Part shown: piece after piece, positions 12,499 through 26,980 of the stretch | How the letters are laid out: every line of letters starts with the position of its first letter | Position numbering within the stretch: position 1 is the stretch's first letter | Assembly (NCBI GenBank): GCA_951406725.2 | Contig: OX597822.1 | Location: 43,338,001 to 43,402,000, forward strand | DNA: 64,000 nucleotides | Reading direction: 5' to 3' | DNA from: Octopus vulgaris | Lineage: Eukaryota | The notes under the pieces: generated by a model | What the model was told of the DNA's origin: nothing | Seen by the model: only the letters and a program-made list of their open reading frames with translations | Database searches by the model: none | Position numbers and translations under genes: made by a program

Positions 12499-13034
12499 AA
12501 TACTTCATGATCAACAAACAGGAATAATATATACGGGTGTAACTGTGGAGTAGCAGATAGTTATACTTTAAACGAAAACTGTTAGCATAGAAACATCGTT
12601 TATAACTATACTTAAAAATCCATAACGAGTGAAAAGATTACACAAGGAATTTTTTAAAGACAAATTTTTATGTGTTCTACCAATATTTTTCTCTTCTCAT
12701 GCTTAGACACTCAATATTTCTAGGTCACAGAGGTTAATATGGAATCGAGTATTATGAACTCAGACAAAGCACACCAAGGAGACAGATAGGATTGTCATTT
12801 ATGTACATGCGAAGCGCTCGAGAGTCTAATGGCGGATTGAAATCTATTAAATATAATGAACGAAGTTATAATTGAATACAACCGGAGATTTAGTTGGACT
12901 TTCAATTATTATGGAAAACGAAAAAAATTATAACTATGATTACAGAAATACACGATAAAATCTTCAGTAGCTATATTGCATAGCCATTGCATACAAAACA
13001 CAGACTCATACATACACAGATATATAAACGAGTC

Positions 13035-13106
<72 letters not shown>

Positions 13107-13409
13107 GTATGTTTGTGTATATACAATGATTATGTGTCTAAAACCAACGTACGATTATTAATAAGTAACGACATAAGTTTCAAATAGGACTGGCATCTAA
13201 TAATTCCCTATTAATGCATACACTTGGCATATATATAATCGATTTAATTGATTATTCTTGTTTACCTTACTGATTTTGTATTGGTTATTACTATGTATCT
13301 GTAGAGGTTATATTGCATAACTATTGCAGGCCAAAATATCTGCGCAATATGTATATATATATATACACATACATACATAGATACATACATAGATACATAG
13401 ATACATACA

Positions 13410-13443
<34 letters not shown>

Positions 13444-13453
13444 CATACATTCA

Positions 13454-13503
<50 letters not shown>

Positions 13504-14075
13504 CATACATACATAGATATATATATATGTATATATATATATGTTAATACATATATATGTATGTGTGTATATGTATATATATGTTCATATACGTACATAT
13601 ATATATGCATTATATAATATTATATATATACATATATATAGTATTATATATGTATATATATATATGTATATGTGTGTGTCTCAATTCTTCATAGAAATAT
13701 TAATAGCATTAATAACATCATAAATTTCAAATAACATTTACATCTGGTCTATTTCCTATTGCCACATTTACTTAGTCTATCTTACGTATGGTGAATTGAT
13801 CAATTATTCTTATTTATCTTACTGATTTTATATCGATTTTTACATCGATTATTACTAAGTACCCATCTGCGCTTTGATATCCCAATACGCCACGTTGTTT
13901 TGGAGTGTCATGCTTGTTCGTTTAAGATGCGTATATACCGTTTACGTTATCACTCATTTGTATATAGGATATCGTGTATCTTTTACGTTTGTATGTTTTC
14001 CATTATCATTGATACATTTTTACTCATGCTATGTTTTTAAATATTTTATTTGTGGTAATATTTGTATATGAGCAT

Positions 14076-14169
<94 letters not shown>

Positions 14170-14268
14170 TTAATCCAAACAAGAAAGCACAAAAAAAAAC
14201 ACAACAACGCGAGGACGTGGAACAAATATAGTATTATTGGACGCTCAGGAAAGAAGGAAAGAAGGAGG

Positions 14269-14303
14269 GTTTAACGTTTCGAGCGGAGCTCTTCGTCGGA
14301 AAC
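14269..14303 (-). ncRNA. Minimal hammerhead motif (U4C variant) within a short repeat at 14165-14390
   Basis: Minus strand: GUUU-CCGACGA-A-GAGC(UCC)GCUC-GAAA-CG-UU-AAAC; stem I GUUU/AAAC; palindromic ACGU at stem III. Confidence 0.55.
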
Positions 14304-14719
14304 ATAGGAGAAGGAAAGATCCAGAGAAGGGAAGACAGAGGAAGAATATATCGCCAACGGTACACACGAGGTCACATTTTGAAAAAAAAAATATATATGT
14401 GTGTGTCTGTGTGTGTATTTGTGTGTGTGTCGTACACATTTAACTCCAGAGAGGACCGTCTTAGCACTATTATAGGCTTCAAGAGCAAATCAATTCCCTG
14501 TGGTCTGTAATATTTACTTATTGGCAGCAAGCTACAACAAGCATAGAACAGAAATGGGCCTCTAGATACGTGAGGTCTCTGGAAAACTGTCCAGCGTGCC
14601 CATTCCTTAAGGTGGAACTGAGTATATATATATGTTAGCTGGACTGAGCGCGCGCGCACACATTAACATTAAATTATGTATATAAATACACACACACACA
14701 CACACACATATATATGTAA

Positions 14720-15880
14720 ATGTTGTACAATGAAAATGAGTCCTCAACATCGCATTGGTGGATATAATTTCTTTATTTGTGAATTAAGACTACCATTGGT
14801 TTCATGTTAAGAAAAGTAGGAAAATAGCATGGTATCTTAACAATTTTTCAAGCCCATCAGCGAGGCTGTGTTTTCCATTTTGGAAAACACAGCCTCGTTT
14901 AGTTCACGGAGATTCTCGTGAATTCTCATGAATAAAACAATGAATCAAAGGACGTTACTTGTGGGTGGCATCTTTCGAATGTTTTTCTCCCTTGGATTTG
15001 TTTTTTGAGCACACTTCAAATGTGTTGTTCTTATAGTTGTCTGCTGAGGTACTTCGTCATTGGGGCATATTTCGCTTTCATGTCAGCGACGGAGTGCCAA
15101 TTTACTTTTTGATATTTATTGTGACAATATTATTGACCCTATATTGGGGAGGCAACTGTAGCTAACATTAACAGTATTTCTGTTGAAGATCTTTGTGTGA
15201 ATGTGGAAAGTAATTGTCTATTAATTTGAAGAATTTCCTGGCTATGTTAGTAGCTACATTCATGTTATAAGGTGGGTGAAGCCATAAAAGTTTCCTCTGT
15301 TTGCCTCTTATTGGCGTAGTTATAGTTGGTTCAATGTAGTATATGCTATTCTTATGCTATTCTTAAAGCTGGAATTTTCTTATGCAGCCTTACAGTATGT
15401 TGCGGCTTTTTCAAAAGTGTCTTTGTCGGCGGATAAATTGGAGACACGCTTGCTAATGTTAAGCATTTACTTAATTTCTGTTATAGGGTGGTTGGAATCT
15501 GTGTCTATGTACGAAGCACCCTAGTTTGGTTTGTTTGTAGCATTTAAATCAACCTGTCTTAAGGTTCATGGTAATATCTAGGAATTGACTTCTTTAGGTT
15601 GTTATTAATTGTGGGTCTTAGGCTTAATTCGCTAAGTATTTTGCATAATTTTTTTTCCTTATTCTATCCATATCATATCCGTTTTATTGTATACTACTCC
15701 AAAGCCATCTTTCCTATAAAAAAACCTATGTTAGCTCTTTTATCTCTTTTTTAAGGATATCTAATATGATAAGGCCTACAAACTCAGCTATTTCATTGTC
15801 ACGTCAAATAACTCGTCTCCATTCTTTTTACCCAACAGGAATTATCATAACCGAGTAATGACCTCCTTGCGTTCATTATA
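14720..15880 (-). mobile_element. Decayed Penelope-like element: RT/thumb region plus 3' end, no endonuclease seen
   Basis: Minus-strand translation across frameshifts: YRKDG..RIRKK..FLDITMNL..SNHP..ISKRVSNLS..LLWLHPPYNMNVATNIARKFFKLID..IFNRNTVNVSYSCLPNI. Confidence 0.75.
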
Positions 15881-16377
15881 TGAATATATGTGTGTGCGTG
15901 TGCGCGCGTGCGTCGTGTGTGTGTAATTTTTGGATTAATGGGTATATGTCAATCAGAGTGTTGATATGTTGAGTAAAGCACTAGCACAGTTTGGGCTACC
16001 TGGTGTCATCCGCAGTTAGGGTATATTTCCGTTGGATCTACGTAAGGAGATTCAGTAGTGTTAGTTGAGATAATAATCGATTAAGGAAACAGAAGACGGA
16101 TTTGTCAAAATACCAACATGACTGTCTGGACGTAATATTTTTAGCGGGACATAATTTATGTATGAATGTACCTGACGTGACACAGACTGCAAAAATTTAT
16201 GCAAAAGAATAGGATGTACAACATGGCACCCATAGAGGACAGTCGCAGGATGAGTCGAAACGATCGTCACACTAAATAAAGATTAACACTAAATCCATCT
16301 TCTGTTTTCTTAATCAATTCTTCTTCTTCTTCTTCTTCTTCTTCTTCTTCTTGTATGTATATATATATGTGTATATA

Positions 16378-16508
<131 letters not shown>

Positions 16509-16522
16509 GTATATATATATAT

Positions 16523-16760
16523 GAACAATTGCAGCGTGGAAGGTGTTTGTAAGCCATTTAAGAAACACACAAAAGCCGTTCGACAAAAATCGCAGCACGG
16601 ATTTTTGTCAGTGAACAGGTCGCGGTCTTATAGCGACGATAATATTTTGACAAATTAAACTTAAATGTTGAAGTGAATCGAACGGCTTTTGTGTGTTTCT
16701 TAAATGGCTTACAAACACCTTGCACGCTGCAATTGTTTTCGTTCCAGCACACGATCTCAT
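16523..16760. mobile_element. Fold-back element (arms 16523-16582 and 16678-16739) next to (TA)n
   Basis: AACAATTGCAGCGTGGAAGGTGTTTGTAAGCCATTTAAGAAACACACAAAAGCCGTTCGA and its near-perfect reverse complement. Confidence 0.8.
16604..16654 (+). ncRNA. Hammerhead-like motif with G3-C8 core variant
   Basis: UUUGUCA-GUGAACA-G-GUCGC(loop)GCGAC-GAUA-AUAU-UU-UGACAAA: 7-bp stem I, 5-bp stem II, palindromic stem III; GAAA reads GAUA in this copy. Confidence 0.55.
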
Positions 16761-16941
16761 ATATATTTGTAAAAAAGAAGTTTGAAAATGCCACTATATT
16801 AGATAAATTTTAATTTTTACATGTTTCGGTTTGAAATAACGAACCTTATCAAAAAGAATTGTTTTTATAATAAAGAGTATAATGGAATAGTTCATAATTG
16901 TTTCATACATTCAATAGAGTCCATGTTCTTGAAAAGGCAAA

Positions 16942-16945
<4 letters not shown>
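16760..16945 (-). mobile_element. PLE 3'-terminal fragment (same family as 57045-57220) with U3-A8 hammerhead at about 16811-16856
   Basis: Minus strand: UUGAUAA-GGUU..AACC-GAAA-CAUG-UA; flanks match the 3' end of the 55-57 kb PLE. Duplicate copy at about 17925-18110. Confidence 0.75.
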
Positions 16946-17003
<58 letters not shown>

Positions 17004-17008
17004 TATAT

Positions 17009-17076
<68 letters not shown>

Positions 17077-17214
17077 GCAATAATAAATCTCTGAACGAGG
17101 TATAGACAGTAACTGCACGACAATGTGAGGTATATTTGCCATCTCAATATGGCTAACCACTAAGGGTGGATGTTACTGTAGCCCCAGGAGAACATCTCCT
17201 CCAGCTTGTATACA

Positions 17215-17708
<494 letters not shown>

Positions 17709-18107
17709 ACGTGATCACGTGACCGACCAGATATAAGCAGTTATATTTAATACACTCATGTAAACTGAGACATCGAAAGACACTCATTGTAGTAGTCATT
17801 TGTTTTCGAAGATTCTCGCCTTATAGAAAATGTATGGGATTAATCTTGACTGAAAATGACTGTGATTCTTAAAGCTTACTGACACCGATTTAGTCATTTA
17901 CCGTCTAGACAGCACACGATCTCATATATATTTGTAAAAAAGAAGTTTGAAAATGCCACTATATTAGATAAATTTTAATTTTTACATGTTTCGGTTTGAA
18001 ATAACGAACCTTATCAAAAAGAATTGTTTTTATAATAAAGAGTATAATGGAATAGTTCATAATTGTTTCATACATTCAATAGAGTCCATGTTCTTGAAAA
18101 GGCAAAA

Positions 18108-18165
<58 letters not shown>

Positions 18166-18170
18166 TATAT

Positions 18171-18235
<65 letters not shown>

Positions 18236-18373
18236 GCAATAATAAATCTCTGAACGAGGTATAGACAGTAACTGCACGACAATGTGAGGTATATTTGCCA
18301 TCTCAATATGGCTAACCACTAAGGGTGGATGTTACTGTAGCCCCAGGAGAACATCTCCTCCAGCTTGTATACA

Positions 18374-18871
<498 letters not shown>

Positions 18872-19268
18872 ACGTGATCACGTGACCGACCAGATATAAG
18901 CAGTTATATTTAATACACTCATGTAAACTGAGACATCGAAAGACACTCATTGTAGTAGTCATTTGTTTTCGAAGATTCTCGCCTTATAGAAAATGTATGG
19001 GATTAATCTTGACTGAAAATGACTAAGTGATTCTTCAGTCACTGACACCGATTTAGTCATTTACCGTCTAGACAGACCTGTCGTTCTCATACGTAAACAA
19101 AAAAATTATATTTCTTGGCGTGCGTTCAGCTTTGTCAAGCTGGAATTGATTAATTTTAGCATATTATTAGTGACGAATAATCGTCGTAGTTTAATGTACT
19201 TTAATGAATTAATTCCTGTTTGACAACACTGAAAACACGCCAACAAATATATGTATATGTATGTATGC

Positions 19269-19335
<67 letters not shown>

Positions 19336-19344
19336 GATATATAT

Positions 19345-20950
19345 ATAAAACTTAGATAAACTTAGATATGTTTCGACCAAAGATTGGTCCAGGCCATGTC
19401 TAACTTAATAGCACAACCTGATAGGATTATCTAAATCCTGTTTAAGTCAAGTTTTGTTTATGGTCCATTCAAGTAGTGAGATTTTGTTGGGTGAGTTGTA
19501 TCAAATTATGGGTGGCTTATCTGGTATTCCTTGAAGGAATCTATCCAGACTCCGTTTAAAGTTGATGGGATCTTTTTCCTCTTTGATCTCTTTCGGGACA
19601 ATGTTAAGTAGGGCAGGGCCTGTTGAGGAAAAGAAATTATGTTGCAGTGTACATGTATGCTGTGATCTTGAATTGGGCAGGGGACGTATGGCCCGTGGTC
19701 CCAGTCCTGGATGAAACTTGAAGCTAATGTTCAGGTCGTTTGGGCAAAGTTGGCGGTATATTCTCCACATCGTACAAATGATGTACCGCTCACGGCGACG
19801 CTGGAGAGAGTAGAGTTTCAAGGCTTTAAGGCGATCCCAATAATCGAGAGCAACCATGCCTTCAATTCGTTTAGTGAGTGCCCTCTGGGGTGATTCAATC
19901 CTCGAGATGTTTTGTCTTGTATGGGGAGACCACAGTGGGCAGCAGTATTCGAGGTGTGGCCGTACAAAGGAGGAGAAAAGTGGTATGATGACACCTTGTT
20001 CTCTGGACCGGAAAGTTCTTAAGATCCAGGAACTCATCCTACGATCTATATTAACCTTATTGTTGATGTGTGCACTCCAACTGAGATCGTCATCAGCAAT
20101 TACACCCAGGTCTCTGATATTGTTAGAGGATGTGAGCGGTTCCCCTGAAGGAAGAGGGTATGGCTGTTTTAGTGAGGAATTTCTTCCAAAATGCATCAGC
20201 TCAAATTTTCCCTCGTTCAGTTGCATTTTGTTTCTGTCTGCCCATTGACTCACAGCATATAGATCAGACTGGAGTTGAGTTTGGTCTGCTTCTTCATTGA
20301 CGATTTGCTGGAGCTTAGTGTCATCAGCAAATATTTTCACTTTGCAGTAATGTACGACACTGGAAAGGTCGTTTATGTAAATTATGAAGAGTATCGGACC
20401 CAAGACAGTCCCCTGAGGGACACCGCTGGTGACTTTTGCTGGGCTTGAGTGGAATCCATCAACTACAACATGTTGTGTTCTATTCGCCAGGAAATACTTA
20501 ATCCAGTGTAGAACTTTTCCACGGATTCCAACATTTGCCAAATTTGAGAGTAGGATATTATGGTCAACCCTGTCGAACGCTTTACTGAAGTCAAGATATA
20601 TGACATCAGAGTTCGAACCTGTTCCCAAGGCTTTGAGTATATCTTCAATGTGGTGTAAGAGCTGTTAGACAGTCCCCGCCACAGCGAAATCCATGCTGAT
20701 TTGCATTTAGGAGTTTGTGGGTCTCCAGGAAGTCAGCTATCCTTGATCTTACCACTCTTTCAAACACTTTACTGATGTGGGAGGTGAGTGAGATTGGCGA
20801 TAGTTGAGTGCGAGGGATCTGTTTCCCTGTTTGAAAACTGGGATGACAGACTGGGATAGAAGCTGCTTCGCTATATAATCTGAGTCTAACGAATTTCTCC
20901 AGAGGTTGGTCAGAGGGACTGCAAGTTGGTGTATACATTCCTTCAGGATA
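19345..20950 (-). mobile_element. 5'-truncated CR1/jockey-group LINE (RT ORF 19501-20628)
   Basis: DFSKAFDRVDH, GVPQGTVLGP, IFADDTK, LEYCCPLWSP; upstream piece PISLTSH..QHGFR; flanked by (TA)n on both sides. Confidence 0.93.
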
Positions 20951-20957
20951 TGTACAT

Positions 20958-21032
<75 letters not shown>

Positions 21033-21329
21033 GTGTGTGTGGGTGTGTCTGTGTATCTCACATATAATATAATAAAACCGCAATATGTTTCAAATTTTAG
21101 CCACAGTGGTAGAAGGGGGTTGAAATCCACAAGCGGAAGGAGAGCGAATGATATTTTACGGTACTAAGTAAAAACGAAGCACCAAATTTTAATTGTAAAT
21201 TATGTTTTACTTATAAATTCCAACCTGCCAAACATGAAATTAAATACCAGATTCTTTTCTTCTCTAAATATTATCGTTCGTGTAACATTAATAACACATA
21301 CATGCATGCATACATGCACGTATACGTAG

Positions 21330-21728
21330 CTTTTAACGATTGCCTGTTACAGTCATTCGACAGCTGCCATGCTAAAGCACCGCCTTACGAAATTTTTGAA
21401 TCGATTCCATTACTTTTTCGAAGCCTACTTCCTATTCTATCCGTCTCTTTTGCCGAACCGCTAGCTACAGGCACGTAAACACACAAAAAGCGGTCGTCAA
21501 TCAGTAATGAGGGACAAATAGACACAAAAACACACACACGGTCATGCTCTCACACACACACAAACACACGCATACACACAGTTTCCATCTATCAAATCCA
21601 CTCACAAGGCTTTGATCAGTGTGAAGTTATATAATAGATGACACTTGCCCAAGGTGGCGCTCAGTGGATAGTGGGACTAAATACGGAACAAAGTCTTACG
21701 GAAGCAGGCCTTACTACACAGCCGCGCC

Positions 21729-21730
<2 letters not shown>
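21330..21730 (-). mobile_element. Diverged SINE family B
   Basis: TTTTGCCGAACCGCTA, CAAATCCACTCACAAGGCTTTG and ACACTTGCCCAAGG blocks. Confidence 0.7.
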
Positions 21731-21760
<30 letters not shown>

Positions 21761-21879
21761 ACAATGAAAATATAAGAAAGCAGGGAAACAACAACGTAAC
21801 AATCCAAGAAATTCTCCACGAACTATGTCACAAACCAACAAACCATATTTCAACAAACTATCAAGACGACACCTTAAGA

Positions 21880-24420
21880 CTTCCTTCGATTAATGCCTAC
21901 TCTCTCACTATACGGTCTTACCAAACTTCTTTAACATTCTTGTGTATTTTGAGATGGACTTTGTCTCCCACATCAAAATGTTTTGCTGAATGTTTTGTAT
22001 TTTCTTTATACGTTTTTTTCTTTGGCAACAATTTGTCGAACTCTGCAGGCGACCTGCCTGAACTGACATTCTGACTGGGCGTTAAGAATTGAGTTATCAC
22101 TTCGTCTTTTTCTAACTCGTTCCTTGCTTTTTTTTTTATTGCTCGGTTAAAAGTGCCTACGAATCTCGGGTGGTAGGGTGTGGTAAACATGTGCTTGATT
22201 GCATGCACTTTGCAGAATGTTTTGAACTTGTATCCTGTAAATTGTGTTTCATTGTCCGATACTATGGTGTTCGGAACACCGTATCGAGCAAAAGTTGTTG
22301 CTTTTGAGGTAGGTTGACTGCACCTACACACTTCCAGCCGCTTGGTAAAGCTATCAACAATGATGAAGTAGTACGCACCATTCACCGGTCAAGCGTAATC
22401 TACATGTACCTCAGACTACAAACTATCAGTCTCAGACCACGATTGGTATTTCACTGGTGTTGCCTTAACATTAACGCCCAACCTCTACATGATTTCACCA
22501 AATTTTCAATGTCCCGGGCCATTGTAGGCCAAAACACATAAATCCCCATCAAGGCTTTCATTCTTGACATCCTCACTAAGAAATTCAATTCATGTAATAC
22601 GCTTTTCTGTAGTGCAGTTTGTACTACCACTCTTTGTGCTTACATTAATACATCGTCGCAGAGTGAAAACTGGTTCGCATTCGTGTTTCTCTTTTGTTTC
22701 TTTTTCAAAGTTTCCTTCAATTTTATTATGTGTTTGTCCTTCGCTGATTTACTTTTTTATATCTTGTACAGCCACTGGTAGCTCCTGAATGATATTACAC
22801 ATAATGTCTCTAATTTTCTTTTCTGATTGTAATGTGGCTATCACCATATCTTCCGGTGGTTCCGCATTATTCGGAATTAGCCTAGATAAATAATCTGCAT
22901 GGCCAATTTTCTTAGAAGGAATGCATCCCATCTTAACGTCGTAAATCAACAATACCGCAGCCCAGCGCTGCAATCTATTTGCAGTATGGATAGGAATTCC
23001 TTTCTTCGGCCCCAAAATTGATAATAATGATCAGTGATCAGTTTGTAGCCTAAAACTTCTACGGTGCAAAAATCCGTGAAATTTCGTCACGGAAACAATA
23101 ATCGCAAGAGCTTCTTTCTCTATTTGACTATAGTTTTACTCTGCCGCCATCAGAGAACGTGAGACATGAACCACCGCCTTCATATTATCGTCTTTATATT
23201 TGTATAGCATTACTGCTCCTATGCCGTATTCAGAAGCGTCAGAAGCTACAACAATCTCCGCTGCAAGATCGAAATGAGTCAGCGAGAAATCAGATGTTAA
23301 TTATTTGATCAATTCTATTTCACATTGTTTTTAGCAAATTATTCAGTGGAGCTCTCAAATTATACATATTTGTTATGCCATTTTGATAATAATTCGCTAG
23401 GCCTAGAAAAGCTTGTAAGCTTTGTCGGAGGAGGCATATTTTTAATTGCGCCTGCCCTCGACGGGTCAGGTCGTCTTTTGTTCGTATCTTTAATGTGTCC
23501 TAAATACTTAATTCTAGGCAAAATATATTTCACATTTCTCCTCACTCAGTGTGAAACCGTAATCTCTTATATTTTTAAAAACACTCTTTACATGCTCGAT
23601 ATGCTGATCATGTGATTCACTTTTAATTTATACATCATCCAGATAAGGAATTGCGAATTTACAGTCCGCTAACATCGCATCCGTAACCTGTTGCAAAATT
23701 GCAGGTGCGTCCTTTAGACCAAAAGGCGATCTATTATATTTATAAAGTCATTTATACGTATTCACTGTTAGAAATTTCGAGCATTCCTTGTCTACTTTAA
23801 TTTGTAGGTATGCATCAGACAGATCCAGTTTCGAAAATATCTTGCCACCGTTTAATTTTGCAAAAAATATACGCCTGAGTAGGTAGAGGATAGTAGCACA
23901 TTTCTAGACAGGTATTCAAACACTGTGGCAAATATTGTAAGTCTCTCGTGTGGAGGCGCAATGGCCCAGTGGTTAGGGCAGCGGACTCGAAGGTCGTAGG
24001 ATCGCGGTTTCGATTCACAGACCGGGCGTTGTGAGTGTTTATTGAGCGAAAACACCTAAAGCTCCACGAGGCTCCGGCAGGGATGGTGGTGATCCCTGCT
24101 GTACTCTTTCACCACAACTTTCTCTCACTCTTACTTCCTGTTTCTGTTGTACCTGTATTTCAAGGGGCCGGCCTTGTCACTCTCTGTGTCACGCTGAATA
24201 TTCCCGAGAACTGCGTTAAGGGTACACGTGTCTGTGGAGTGCTCAGCCACTTACACGTTAATTTCACGAGCAGGCTGTTCCGTTGATCGGATCAACCGGA
24301 ACTCTCGTCGTCGTAACCGACGGAGTGCTTCCACACAAGTCTCTCGTCAGATTCACGGGTTACTATTGATCTCATGTTCGTTGGAACAACTACTTGTAAG
24401 TTGTCAGCATTGATCATGCT
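21880..24420 (-). mobile_element. Decayed Ty3/gypsy pol (RT-RNase H-integrase)
   Basis: IKYLGHI..RRPDPS, RLQRWA..GHADYLSRLI, IIVDSFTK..FARYGVPNTIVSDN..TTPYHP; gypsy domain order; many stops and frameshifts. Confidence 0.88.
23950..24336 (+). mobile_element. Young SINE family C inserted in the gypsy RT, 11-bp TSD
   Basis: TSD AAGTCTCTCGT at 23939-23949 and 24337-24347. Confidence 0.9.
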
Positions 24421-24479
24421 TCTCTATCGAGTAAACAACCATCATAAATATGTATGTGTATATATATATTGTATATATA

Positions 24480-25290
24480 GAGGGTGCGATGGGTAAATTG
24501 TCACTATTATAAATTTTTAATTTAGCGCATGTGCATTGTTTGTCTTAGATCTTGTCCCCTATACTTTATAGTAAGATCAGTTGGGCATTGTCTGTGAGAA
24601 AGACAGCACCATGATGCATTTCACTCCGCTAGAAATTTGGAAACCACATGCTGTACTGCTTGGCATTCGCGCCTGAAGCTCCAATACGAACATTTCAGAG
24701 TGTTTGGGTGTCACTGTGAGGACAGTAAAATCTGAGGACATGAACCAAGAGTGATACAAATCAAACATCCAATCAATATGGGGTTTGGAGTCATCTCTAG
24801 TGATGACGACGTTATGCTTCCATTCATCTTCTCACAAGGCCTCACACTCAACAAAGTACCTGGAAAGGGTAGTACTGCCCTGGGTCAAGAGGGTGGCTGC
24901 TGGAAGACCCTATGTCTGGTAAAAGGACCATGCACCATGCCACACAAGCAGGGGTACCCTGTCATGGCTGTCAGACAATTTCTGCGACCACATCACCCCT
25001 AATATCTGGCCACCTTGATTATTGTGTGTGGAGCGTAGTTGAGCGACAGACAAACAAAACTCCCTGTAACACCAAAGATGAACTGAAGGCAAGGATTATG
25101 GCAGCATTCACCAACTTAAACAAGGAGACCATCTAGAAGAGTTGCAGGAGATTCCAAAGTCGTCTGGAGGCTGTGGTTGAAGCCAATGGTGATTTTATGG
25201 AATAAAGTTATGCTTTAGTATTTCAAGACATTTTTGCGTAATTTTGGTAAATATATCTTAAAATGAGATGTCAGTGTTATTTTCATTTAT
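24480..25290 (+). mobile_element. Internally deleted Tc1/mariner-superfamily transposon remnant
   Basis: ..KDHAPCHT..LDYCVWSVVERQTNKTPCNTKDELKARIMAAF..CRRFQSRLEAVVEANG, a transposase C-terminus. Confidence 0.8.
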
Positions 25291-25425
25291 ATATATATAT
25301 ATATATATATATAAATATATATATATAGATGTTTCTAAAAGTTTGCTATATCCCATTATCCAGTCACGGCTGATGATAGGTGACGCTACAAAGCACGAAT
25401 AGTACTCTGTCGAAGAGTATGTCAC

Positions 25426-25458
<33 letters not shown>

Positions 25459-25786
25459 GTATATATATGTATATATGTGTGTGTGGGGTGTGTGGGTGTG
25501 TATGTATATGTGCACGTGTGTGTGTTTGCGTGCATATTGTGTATCTATGTGCACGCGCTAGTACTTTGTGAGGCTGTATCTATGTACATATGCATGTGCG
25601 CATATATAACTTTTCGAATGACTTGTTCGAAATCTGTTCCATAGACTTAGTTTTATGACTGCATAAATTTTAATCTCTGCTTGTAGCATTCTTAATGAAA
25701 GATGCTGAAGTACTCAGATACACAGAAATATTTCCTTGCAAGTATTTGCGATTGTGAAACGGCGGAGAGACAAATACAGACACAAA

Positions 25787-25878
<92 letters not shown>

Positions 25879-26088
25879 CATTTATGTAATAATAAATCTC
25901 TGAACGAGGTATAAACAGTAGCTGCAGTTCAATGTGAAGTATATATGCCACTTAAATGTGTCTAACCACTAAGGGTGGCTAGCCACATTTATGTGTATAC
26001 ATATTTATATATATATCAATGTATATATATATATATATATATGTATATGTATACTTATATATATATACATTTATGTGCATACATATAC

Positions 26089-26130
<42 letters not shown>

Positions 26131-26133
26131 ATA

Positions 26134-26637
26134 AGACGGACTTCTTTCACTTTCCCTGTACTAAATCTGCTCACCGGGTTTTAGTCGGCTCGAGATTATA
26201 AAAGACATTTGCCCATGGTGCCACGCAGTGGAATTGAACTCGGATCCTTGTAATTGGGAAGCAGCCTTCTTACCAGGCAGTCACTAATATGAATATACCG
26301 ATTCATGGACTAATATATTTTTGAAAATCTGTGGAAACCTCATAAATGATAAGCTATACGTGCATATATATTTTACAACCACTCGTCTGCATTTTGTAAA
26401 ATATATGTGCATATATAATTTACCATTTATGAGGTTTCCACAGATTTTGAAAATATATTACTCTATGAATCGGTAAATTCACAGTAGTACCTGCGTGTTA
26501 AGAAGGCTGCTTCCTAACCCCAAGATTCCGAGTTAACTTCTACTGCGTGGCACCTTGGGCAGCTGTCTAATATATTCTCGGGTCGACTAAAACCTGTTGA
26601 ACAGATTTTGTAGACGGAAACGGAAAGAATACCGTCT
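26134..26637. repeat. About 500-bp imperfect palindrome containing two head-to-head SINE B halves plus duplicated unique flank
   Basis: Arms 26134-26378 and 26394-26637; e.g. AAAATCTGTGGAAACCTCATAAATG versus CATTTATGAGGTTTCCACAGATTTT. Confidence 0.85.
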
Positions 26638-26851
26638 GATATATATATATATATATAATGTTGGTAAGTCCCCTTAACATAGCTGTTCGACAAATGTGGC
26701 CGATGGAAAGAAAGTACTGGGATCGATTCATTCGACTAAAAATTCATACATACATACATGCATACATACATATATATACAAATACATACATTTATATATA
26801 TATATATGTTGATGTATATATAGGTAATTGTACGTCAGTATCAATCGATTC

Positions 26852-26980
<129 letters not shown>

